From an uncultured Gemmatimonas sp. (GTDB taxonomy: Bacteria > Gemmatimonadota > Gemmatimonadetes > Gemmatimonadales > Gemmatimonadaceae): a stretch of 64,000 bases of DNA. The translations under genes and the position numbers were made by a program. The first letter of the stretch is position 1; the number at the start of each line of letters is the position of its first letter. The notes under the pieces were generated by a model. That model saw nothing but the letters and a program-made list of their open reading frames with translations. It had not been told where the DNA came from and did no database searches. Below are positions 10,056 through 19,804 of the stretch, one piece after another. The stretch lies in contig CAZAGK010000005.1 of NCBI GenBank assembly GCA_964484775.1, forward strand, positions 7,396-71,395. Direction: 5' to 3'.

Positions 10056-11005
10056 CAGAAGTCCTTCGACATGGCACGGATGGCCCCGAGGACGGTGGAC
10101 CAGTCCGCGGAGGGAGGAGCGACAGGGTCGAAATGCGCGGAGTGCTCGAGCAGGATGAACTGCGCGTCGTCGCCAGCGGCGAACGCCTTGCGGGCGTAAC
10201 TGCGCGCCTGCTCGAGCGGGACGGTCTTGTCGTAGTAGCCGTTCAGCAGCCGCACGCGGACGCCGAGCGGGAGGAGCTCGATCGGCGAGAACTGCCGATA
10301 GCGTTCGGGTTGCTCGCCGGGCATCCCCTGCATCAGGCGCGCGACCGCAGCGTTGCACCCGCTCGTCCCCGCGTAGCCCGCGAGGTCGGTGATGCCGTCG
10401 ATGGAGACCACCCCACTGATCGGCAGGGGAGCGCCGCCGGCCATCGGGTGCGGCGCCGTGCGCTTGGCGCGCCCCGCCACCAACAAGGCGAGATGCCCGC
10501 CGGCCGAATGTCCGGCCAGGACGACGTGCGCCGTGTCGAGCGGATGTGTCCGCGCCAGCACCCGCACGTAGTCGGTCGCCGCCGCCGCGTCGAGCATCGT
10601 CCCGGGATACCCACCACCGGCGTCGCCGACGCGGCGGAACTCGGGGGTCCAGACGGCGAAGCCATCCTCCGCGAGGGCAGCGCCCATCGCGTTCAGATAG
10701 CGGAGATCGTATTGCGAGAGCCAGCAGCCGCCGTGGAGGAGCACGACGACGGGGAACGGCCCCTTCCCCTTCGTCGGCAGTCGCAGGTCGCCGAACTGCA
10801 CCGAGTCGGTGCCGTATCGCACGCGTGCCGTGGCAGGAGGTGCCGGGAGCGCCGCGACCTGGCCGAAGGTCATCGTCACGGGGGCCGCCGCCGCACCGTT
10901 CTGTGACTGCTGCGCGCCGAGCAACGACGCGCCCCCGACCGCGAGTCCGGCAAGCCGGCGCAGGGGTCGGTGCAACAGATGCAGCGGAAAGCGCGGGGGC
11001 GTCAC
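10055..11005 (-). CDS. Alpha/beta hydrolase (esterase/lipase-like), exported
   Basis: HGGCW oxyanion-type motif and nucleophile elbow GHSAGGHLAL. GTG at 11005 yields VTPPRFPLHLL...LAGLAVGGASLLGAQQ. The start is uncertain. Confidence 0.7.
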   Translation of the reverse strand: MTPPRFPLHLLHRPLRRLAGLAVGGASLLGAQQSQNGAAAAPVTMTFGQVAALPAPPATARVRYGTDSVQFGDLRLPTKGKGPFPVVVLLHGGCWLSQYDLRYLNAMGAALAEDGFAVWTPEFRRVGDAGGGYPGTMLDAAAATDYVRVLARTHPLDTAHVVLAGHSAGGHLALLVAGRAKRTAPHPMAGGAPLPISGVVSIDGITDLAGYAGTSGCNAAVARLMQGMPGEQPERYRQFSPIELLPLGVRVRLLNGYYDKTVPLEQARSYARKAFAAGDDAQFILLEHSAHFDPVAPPSADWSTVLGAIRAMSKDF

Positions 11006-11135
11006 CCTTTGAAGTTCACTCTCGCGGGGCCTCCGGGGAAGGTGCCAGCGCCCGCGGGACACCGGCGCCCGGGTCACTGACGCAGAACGGGGGGCGACCG
11101 TCTGGTCGCCCCCCGCCCTGTCATCGCTGCGCCGC

Positions 11136-14100
11136 TCAGTGGCTGCGGTCGTTCTTGTCGTGGTCGTCGTCATCGGCGCCGAAGCCGCCGAAGGCGTCGT
11201 CACCGCCGCTCACCCGCTCCACGTGGAGCTTCTGCTTGAGCGTGGTGTTCCCGATGGTCAGGGTGACGAGGTAGTCGCCCGTTCCGGCCGTGAAGTTGCC
11301 ACCACCGGCGCCGCCGAAGGCGGCGAAGTTGCCACCGCGACCGCCGCCCGGGCCGGCCGGCATCTTGAGGCCGATGATGTCGCCGATCTTCTTGACGGCA
11401 TCGCTCTCCGGTCCGCCGGCCCCGCCACGGCCACCACGGCCGCCGCCAGCGCCACCGGCCCCAGCCTGCGCCTCACCAGGACGGGCGCAGAACGGCTCCC
11501 ACTGCGTCAGGGGGCGCTCGCAGGCCGCACCGGCCCCACGACCACCGCCACCACCACCGCCGCCGCCACGTCCGCCGAAGGCGGCCGCAGGATCGATCGT
11601 CGGGGGATTCAGCAGCGCCTTGGCACGCGAGATCGCGGCCGTGTCGTACTTGGCCTTCGTGAGCGAGTCCAGCACCGCCGGCGCACGGACCGCCTTCAGG
11701 ATGCTGTCACGACGCTCCGACGGCGAGAGCGGAGCCGGCGCAGGGGCCGGGCCCGAACGGCGTCCCTGGAAGCCCCAGTTCACCGTGTGCAACCCGACCG
11801 TGGCCGGACCGGTGAGGTTCGCGATCACGTCGCCCGAACCATCCGAGATCGTGATGCGCGCCACACCCGAGGCCGCCGTGGCCACGCGATACGAGATCTC
11901 CGCCCCGTACGCCGGGCTCGGCGTCTGGAAGAACGCCTGCGCGTTGCCGTTGCCACCGGCGGCCAGCGTCGGGCCTTCGCCCCACTGGTACGCGGTGCGC
12001 GGCTCGAAGAGATGCGTCGCCGAGGCGAGCACCTTGCTGTTCATCTGCTGGAGCGGTGCGATGTTCGCGATCCAGAGGCTGCGTCCGTGCGTCGCCGCGA
12101 TGAGCTCGTGGTCGCGCGGATGGATCTTGAGGTCGTACACGGGCACCGACGGCAGGTTCGCCGCGAACTTGCTCCAGGTCGCACCGCGATCGATCGAGGC
12201 GTACACCGAGAGCGAGCTGCCGACGAAGAGCAGGTCGCGGTTGGTCGGGTCCTCACGGATGACGTGCAGGAAGTCCGCCGGGCCGGTCTTCGGCAGGTTG
12301 CCGACGATCGACTTGAAGGTCTTGCCGCCGTCGGTCGTGGCGTACAGGTACGGGGTGAAATCGTTGGTGCGATGCCCGTCGAACGCCACGTAGAAGGTGA
12401 GCGTGTCGAAGTGCGAGGGCTCGATGCGCGTCACGTACGTCTCGGCCGGGAGCCCCGGGAAACGCGTGGTGAGATTCTCCCACGTGGCGCCGTCGTTCGG
12501 CGACTTCCAGACGTTGCCGTCATCGGTGCCGGCGAAGAGCAGCCCCGGCTTCACATACGACTCGGCGAGCGCGACCACCGTGCCGTAGGTCTCGGCGCCG
12601 GTGGCGTCGAGCGTGATGCCGCCGGTGTAGATCAGCGAGGTGTCGAGCTTGGCCTGCAGCTTCTTCGACAGGTCGGGGGAGATCAGGTAGAGCTCCTCAC
12701 CGCGCTTGGTGCTCTTGAGCACGCGGTTGCCGCCGAAGTACACCACCGACTGGTTGTGCGGCGAGAGGAAGAAGGGCGAGTTCCAGTTGAAGCGGAGGCT
12801 CAGGTCGATCGAGTCCTGCTTCTGCTGGGCCCGCAGCGCGTTGAGCGTCTTCGCGAGCTCCTTCGACTCCGGCTTGAGCGGATCGCCGCGGACGATCGCG
12901 ATCGAGTCCTCCCACTGCTTGTAGCGCTCCTGCCAGCTCGGCTTGCGGAACGACATCCGCTCCCCGGTGCGCGTGTTCACGCGCGAGACGTTGCCGCCCT
13001 GGCTCTCGCCGTAGATCACGGCCGGATCGGTGGCGTCCTGCGCCGTGTAGAAGCCGTCGCCGCCGGCGAAGGTGAACCAGTACGAGGTGTTGACCGGGCC
13101 CTTCCGCTTGCTCGGGCCGCACCACGAACCGTTGTCCTGCGCGCCGGCGCAGACGTTGTACGGCGTCGCCATGTCGTACGAGACTTCGTAGAACTGGCCG
13201 AGCGGGAGCGTGGTCGTCTGGAGGAAGTTGCCGCCCTTGTCGAAGGTGATCGAGAGACCACCGTCGTTCGCCAGGTACCAGCGCTCCGGATCGTTCGGAT
13301 CGATCCAGATGCCGTGGTCGTCCACGTGCACGCTCTGCGCGGCCGCGCGGATCGTCTTGCCCCCGTCATCCGACACCATCAGCTGGGTGCTGGAGAAGTA
13401 GACACGATCGGCGTTCTTGGGATCGACGCGCACCTGCGAGTAGTAGAACGGGCGCACGTTGTAGTTGTTCATCTGCGCCCACGTCTTGCCGCCGTCGGTC
13501 GAGCGGTACAGGCCATTGGCCTTGGGGCTCGTCTGCGGCGTGTAGCTGCCGTCCTTGCTGGGATCGGCGGCTTCGGTGAGCGCGTAGACGACATCGGAGT
13601 TGCTCGGCGCGATCGCCAGGCCGATGCGTCCCTTGGTGCCTTCCGGGAAGCCGTTCCCCTTGATCTCGGTCCAGGTCTTGCCGGCGTCGGTGGACTTCCA
13701 GAGCCCGGAGCCGACACCACCGCTCTTCAGCGAGTACGGGGTGCGGAGACGCTCCCACGACGCGGCATAGACCACGTCCGGGTTGCGCGGATCGAGCGCG
13801 ACGTCGACGAAGCCCGCCTTGTTGCTGATGAACTTGACCAGCTGCCACGTCTTGCCGCCGTCGACGGTCTTGTAGAGACCGCGCTCCGGGTTCGAGCCCC
13901 AGGCCGCGCCGAGCGCGGCGACGTACACGGTGTTCGGATCCTTCGGGTGCACCACGATACGGCCGATGTGCTGGGTCTTCTCGAGCCCCATCGCCGTCCA
14001 GGTGATGCCGCCGTCGGTCGACTTGAAGATGCCGCCGCCGGGCTCGATGCTGTTACGCGAGTTCGGTTCGCCGGTGCCGGCCCAGACCTGCTGGGTGTCG

Positions 14101-14405
14101 GAGGGCGCGATGGCGAGCATCCCCATCGAGATGACGCGCTTGTCGTCGAAGGTGGGGCGCCAGGTGAGCCCGGCGTTGGTGCTCTTCCAGATGCCGCCCG
14201 CGGCGGCCGCAACGAAGATGGTCTTGGACGGACCCGGGATACCGACCACGTCGGAGAGACGGCCTTCGAAGTTGGCGGGACCGATGTTGCGCCACTTGAG
14301 GCCGGCGATCGACGCGGAGTCGATCCCCTGCGCAAAGGCGCCACTCGAGGTCATGACGACCGCGGCAGCGCCTCCGAGCCATCGGATGACAGCGGACTTG
14401 TGCAT
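11136..14405 (-). CDS. Sortilin/VPS10-like (GH74-like) BNR-repeat double beta-propeller protein, exported, paralog 1
   Basis: ATG 14405 (MHKSAVIRWLGGAAAVVMTSSGAFAQ). Many S-x-D-x-G-x-T-W repeats: STDGGITWT, TVDGGKTWQ, STDAGKTWT, STDGGKTWA, SPNDGATWE, TTDGGKTFK, SIDRGATWS. The C-terminal region carries GGRGG-type tracts. Confidence 0.8.
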   Translation of the reverse strand: MHKSAVIRWLGGAAAVVMTSSGAFAQGIDSASIAGLKWRNIGPANFEGRLSDVVGIPGPSKTIFVAAAAGGIWKSTNAGLTWRPTFDDKRVISMGMLAIAPSDTQQVWAGTGEPNSRNSIEPGGGIFKSTDGGITWTAMGLEKTQHIGRIVVHPKDPNTVYVAALGAAWGSNPERGLYKTVDGGKTWQLVKFISNKAGFVDVALDPRNPDVVYAASWERLRTPYSLKSGGVGSGLWKSTDAGKTWTEIKGNGFPEGTKGRIGLAIAPSNSDVVYALTEAADPSKDGSYTPQTSPKANGLYRSTDGGKTWAQMNNYNVRPFYYSQVRVDPKNADRVYFSSTQLMVSDDGGKTIRAAAQSVHVDDHGIWIDPNDPERWYLANDGGLSITFDKGGNFLQTTTLPLGQFYEVSYDMATPYNVCAGAQDNGSWCGPSKRKGPVNTSYWFTFAGGDGFYTAQDATDPAVIYGESQGGNVSRVNTRTGERMSFRKPSWQERYKQWEDSIAIVRGDPLKPESKELAKTLNALRAQQKQDSIDLSLRFNWNSPFFLSPHNQSVVYFGGNRVLKSTKRGEELYLISPDLSKKLQAKLDTSLIYTGGITLDATGAETYGTVVALAESYVKPGLLFAGTDDGNVWKSPNDGATWENLTTRFPGLPAETYVTRIEPSHFDTLTFYVAFDGHRTNDFTPYLYATTDGGKTFKSIVGNLPKTGPADFLHVIREDPTNRDLLFVGSSLSVYASIDRGATWSKFAANLPSVPVYDLKIHPRDHELIAATHGRSLWIANIAPLQQMNSKVLASATHLFEPRTAYQWGEGPTLAAGGNGNAQAFFQTPSPAYGAEISYRVATAASGVARITISDGSGDVIANLTGPATVGLHTVNWGFQGRRSGPAPAPAPLSPSERRDSILKAVRAPAVLDSLTKAKYDTAAISRAKALLNPPTIDPAAAFGGRGGGGGGGGGRGAGAACERPLTQWEPFCARPGEAQAGAGGAGGGRGGRGGAGGPESDAVKKIGDIIGLKMPAGPGGGRGGNFAAFGGAGGGNFTAGTGDYLVTLTIGNTTLKQKLHVERVSGGDDAFGGFGADDDDHDKNDRSH

Positions 14406-14543
14406 GAAGTTCCTGCGGATGGGGGTGGAACGGTGCGACGTGAGGAGGACCCGCGTCCCGCGTGAGCGGGGCGCGAGACTGGACAACTATGAAGCTACGG
14501 CGGGGCGATGGCGAGCGTTGACCGCTCAGCACCGCCCCACCGA

Positions 14544-14565
14544 AATTCATAAATAATTCATAAAT
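14544..14565. repeat. Perfect tandem 11-mer AATTCATAAAT x2 in an intergenic region (possible promoter or operator element)
   Basis: Read directly: aattcataaat aattcataaat at 14544-14554 and 14555-14565. It lies 9 nt downstream of the oxidoreductase stop and about 140 nt upstream of the sortilin-like ATG on the minus strand. It is strikingly AT-rich for this genome. Confidence 0.3.
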
Positions 14566-14574
14566 CCCGCCCGA

Positions 14575-16134
<1,560 letters not shown>

Positions 16135-16253
16135 GGGGCGTCGGTCCACTGGGGGTCAGGAGGTGCGACGATGCATCCGGTATGCGATACTATACGACTT
16201 GTGCGCGCCGCGCACGAGGGGACCCCGCCCGAACACCGGACCCGAGGAGCCGC

Positions 16254-17213
16254 ATGACCGAACTGTCGCGTCGGAGTTTCCTGCTGCGCTCCGGTTCGTG
16301 CGCGGCCCACATCGCGCTGGCGGGGCTCCTGGCACCTCGCACGCTCCGGGCCGCATGGGCACAGGTCCCCGGGGATCGCCTGATCGCGCGAGAACCGTTC
16401 GGTGCACTGGAACGCGTCGCCGACGGGGTCTGGGCGCTGATCTCGACTCCGCTCGGCGGGGACCGCACCACGCTCTCCAATGGCGGGATCATCGCCGGGA
16501 AGTCGGGGGTGCTCGCGATCGAGGGGTTCAACCAGCCGGCCGGCGCGGCCTGGCTCGCGGCGCGCGCCAAGGAGCTGACGGGGCGCTGGCCCACGCACGT
16601 CCTCCTGACGCACTACCACTCGGATCATGCGAACGGCGTGGCCGGGTATCGGCCCGAGGGGGAGCGTCCTGCCGTGCACGTCACCGCGGCGGCGCGCACG
16701 CTCGTGCTCGAGAAGAATCTGCCGCTCGATGCATCGCGGAGCGCCGCGCTCGCCGACGCGGTGATCGTGAGCGCGACCGCGACGTCGTCGATCGACCTCG
16801 GCGGGCGCACGGTGCGCGTGACCCCTGCCACCGGACACACGACGAGCGATCTCTGGCTGACGCTCGAGGGGCCCGACGTCGTGTTCGGCGGCGATCTCCT
16901 CTGGAACGGGATGTTCCCGAACTATGTGGACGCCACGCCGAGCGCGCTCGCGAAGTCGGTGCGGATGATCCCGCGCGCGAGCGGGATCCGCTACGTGCCG
17001 GGGCACGGCGGCCTGGCCGACACCGCCGCGGTGGGGCGCTACATCGCGATGCTCGACGAGATCGAACTGGCCGCTCGGCGCTCGCACGCGGCGGGGAAGA
17101 CGGCCGCCGAGGCCGGGAGTGCGTATGCCCTTCCCCCCGCGCTCGGCGAGTGGGTGCTGTTCAACAAGGTGTTCTTCGAGCGGGCGTTCACGGCGTGGTA
17201 TCGTGAGTTCTGA
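16254..17213 (+). CDS. MBL-fold metallo-hydrolase with Tat signal
   Basis: ATG 16254. MTELSRRSFLLRSGSCAAHIALAG is Tat-like. H-x-H-x-D-H motif THYHSDHANG, and a later GHT and PGHG. Confidence 0.85.
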   Translation: MTELSRRSFLLRSGSCAAHIALAGLLAPRTLRAAWAQVPGDRLIAREPFGALERVADGVWALISTPLGGDRTTLSNGGIIAGKSGVLAIEGFNQPAGAAWLAARAKELTGRWPTHVLLTHYHSDHANGVAGYRPEGERPAVHVTAAARTLVLEKNLPLDASRSAALADAVIVSATATSSIDLGGRTVRVTPATGHTTSDLWLTLEGPDVVFGGDLLWNGMFPNYVDATPSALAKSVRMIPRASGIRYVPGHGGLADTAAVGRYIAMLDEIELAARRSHAAGKTAAEAGSAYALPPALGEWVLFNKVFFERAFTAWYREF

Positions 17214-18417
17214 GTCGGCCGGTGGCACGCCGGGAGCCGCGAAGCGCGCGGACGTCGCGCGCCTGCTCGTGTTGGTGGTGTTCCTCGTCGGCGCGGCGAT
17301 CACCTATCACTTCGGCGCCTGGGGATTCAATCGGCAGGTGTACATCCACTTCGCCGAGCTGCAGCTCGACGGTGTCGATCCGTACCACCCGCCGGCGGAT
17401 CCGGTCGGCGCGGTCTATGAGCCGTCGCACGACCCCTATTATCTCGCGTATTCCGGATTGTCTCACGGCGTGTTCGTCACCGCCACCTGGATCTGGCGGC
17501 AGACGCGTCTCAACGCGCTCGTCCTGTACTCGCTCGCGCTCTTCGCCTTGACGCTGCTCGTGCTCGATCGTCTGCGCGCGACCGGTGAGATCAGCGCGTC
17601 GCAGTTCCGGTGGACCGCCCTGCTGACCCTCTCGCCTCCGACCTGGGACTTCCTGTTCCGGCTCAGTTTCGAGGACAAGATGCAGTGGCCGCTGGCGATC
17701 CTGCTCTTCGTGCTCTGGAGGAAGCGACATCCACTGCGTGCGGCTGTGACCGTGGGCTTCTTCACCGGCTGGATCGGGCTTCCCGGGCTGTTCGCGCCGC
17801 TGCTGCTGATCGACGCGTGGCGCGAGGAGAGGGACGCGGCATCGCAGTGGCGGCGCATCGCGATGATCGGCGCCGTGGGGGGCGGAGCATTCGCGATCGC
17901 CATGCTCCCCTTCTTTCCGGCGAGTCTTGGGGGCTGGAAGACGCGCGCGATGATCGACAACGGCCCCGCGCTCTGGGATTCCCCATGGCGCGTGATCGGC
18001 GCGCGCTACGTACCGGGCATGAACAAGGTCGCGCTGCTGCTCGTCTCGTTCATCACGTGGCGGCAATACGCGACGGATCGTTGGAACGCCGCGGAGTCGG
18101 CACTCGCGCTGATGTGCGGTGCATTCCTGACGTCGATCCTCGTCGGGCCGCAGCACGTCATCCCGTTGGCGATGCTCGTGCCGCTCGCGGTGCGGGACAC
18201 GCGGGTCCGAGGCCCCGTGGCGTTCGGCATCCTCGCGATCGAACTCTCGTGGGAGTTCGGCGTCCGTCGCTTCGGCGCGCTCGAGCGGATGCCGCCTGAG
18301 GGATGGGGCGCAGCCCCAGAGGTCCTCTGGATCTGCGCCCCATATCTCCTGCTCTTCGCTGTGCTCGTGGCACAGCGTGCGACGGTCACACCGCGTCCGA
18401 CAACGACGCGAAGTTGA
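17203..18417 (+). CDS. Polytopic integral membrane protein of unknown function (possibly GT-C/DUF2029-like glycosyltransferase)
   Basis: GTG 17203 overlaps the MBL stop by 11 nt. About 10 hydrophobic segments are visible. I recognise no catalytic motif with confidence. Confidence 0.5.
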   Translation: MSSESAGGTPGAAKRADVARLLVLVVFLVGAAITYHFGAWGFNRQVYIHFAELQLDGVDPYHPPADPVGAVYEPSHDPYYLAYSGLSHGVFVTATWIWRQTRLNALVLYSLALFALTLLVLDRLRATGEISASQFRWTALLTLSPPTWDFLFRLSFEDKMQWPLAILLFVLWRKRHPLRAAVTVGFFTGWIGLPGLFAPLLLIDAWREERDAASQWRRIAMIGAVGGGAFAIAMLPFFPASLGGWKTRAMIDNGPALWDSPWRVIGARYVPGMNKVALLLVSFITWRQYATDRWNAAESALALMCGAFLTSILVGPQHVIPLAMLVPLAVRDTRVRGPVAFGILAIELSWEFGVRRFGALERMPPEGWGAAPEVLWICAPYLLLFAVLVAQRATVTPRPTTTRS

Positions 18418-19804
18418 AGTCCTTCACGCGGAGCGATGGCATGACCATCCCCGCTGCCACGCGTTCCGCGCGGCCGATCTCGTCGATGCGTGAGAGCATC
18501 AGCAGCGGGCTCTCGTTCCAGCGGAAGTTCTTGAGCGGGCGCGTGACCTTCCCGTTCTCGATAAGGAACGTGCCGTCGCGGGTGAGCCCGGTGAGCATCA
18601 CCGTGCGCTGATCCAGCGATCGGATGTAGAAGAAGTGGGTCACGAGGATCCCTCGCTCGGTCCCGGCGATGAGTTGCTCGGTGGTCTTGGTGTCACCCAT
18701 CATCTTGAGCCCGCCCCCACCTCCGCCGCCTCCGCCTCCACCGCCACCGCCACCGCCGCGCCCACCCCCGCCGCCGGTCGGCGTCTTCCCCGACTTCTGC
18801 GCCCAGTATCGGGTGTAGGAGAAGTTCTTGAGGATGCCGTTCTCGATCCAGACCGTCTTGCCGAGGGGTTGGCCTTCGGGGTCGAAGGGCTGCCCGAGCA
18901 GCTCGGGGTCGTAGGGATCGGAGTAGAGGGTGACACGCTCATCGGCGATCTTCTCGCCGAGCTTGGTGCCGCCGCCGCGCTTGGAGAATGTGCCGCGCCC
19001 TTCGTCGTTGTTGCGGGCATTGAAGGTGCCGACGAGCTGCGGGATCAACTGCGACACCGCGCCCGGCTCGAGCACGACGGTGTAGAGTCCGGGTTCGACC
19101 GCCTGCGGCTTGCGGCTCGAGACCGCCTTGAGCGCTGCGCGACGAGCCAGTTCGGCGGGATCGATGGTCGACCAGTCGCGGACGCCGGACGATGCCCACC
19201 CGGAACCGGTGCCGTCCGGCGTGCGCGCCGTCGTGCTGAGGTTCACCTCGGTCGCCCGGTGATAGGCGAACAAGCCCTTCGAAGTGCCGACCGCGTTGCA
19301 CCCCGCGCTCGCGTCCAGGAAACCGGCGACGAAGATCTCCCCCGCCTCCTTCCCGACGGCCTGCGCCGTGTCGATGACCTTCTTGACGGCCGCGGCCCGG
19401 ATCTCCGGCGTGAGGTCGGCCGTCTTCTCGACGTACGCGTTCACCGCGCGGATGGTCTGCGGCCCCAGCTCCGGCATCAGCTCCGGATCCTCGGGTGACA
19501 GGCGCGCGAGCGTCTCCGAGAGTGCGACGGTCCGGCGGAGACTCTCGTCCTCGAGCACGTTGGTGCTCGCGCTCGCCTGACGTTTGCCGATGGTGCTGGT
19601 GATGGTGACGTTGGTGTCGATCGTGCCGCCGCTGGTCGTGATCTCGCCGCCGGCGAAGCGGGTGTTCCCCCGCCAGCCGCTGACGATGTTCACGCGCGTG
19701 GCATCGGCCTTGGCCATCGCGTAGATGCGCGTCATGAGCGCGCGGCATTCCTCGGCGGAGAGCGACGGATCGTCGGCCGCGGTGAAGAGTGACTTCGGCG
19801 TCAT
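18386..19804 (-). CDS. PmbA/TldE-family metalloprotease subunit (no signal peptide)
   Basis: Family-typical C-terminus (GILVTHFFYIRSLDQRTVMLTGLTRDGTFLIENGKV). ATG 19804 overlaps the TldD stop (ATGA). It contains a TGGGGGRGGGGGGGGGGGGGGGGL insert. Confidence 0.8.
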   Translation of the reverse strand: MTPKSLFTAADDPSLSAEECRALMTRIYAMAKADATRVNIVSGWRGNTRFAGGEITTSGGTIDTNVTITSTIGKRQASASTNVLEDESLRRTVALSETLARLSPEDPELMPELGPQTIRAVNAYVEKTADLTPEIRAAAVKKVIDTAQAVGKEAGEIFVAGFLDASAGCNAVGTSKGLFAYHRATEVNLSTTARTPDGTGSGWASSGVRDWSTIDPAELARRAALKAVSSRKPQAVEPGLYTVVLEPGAVSQLIPQLVGTFNARNNDEGRGTFSKRGGGTKLGEKIADERVTLYSDPYDPELLGQPFDPEGQPLGKTVWIENGILKNFSYTRYWAQKSGKTPTGGGGGRGGGGGGGGGGGGGGGGLKMMGDTKTTEQLIAGTERGILVTHFFYIRSLDQRTVMLTGLTRDGTFLIENGKVTRPLKNFRWNESPLLMLSRIDEIGRAERVAAGMVMPSLRVKDFNFASLSDAV

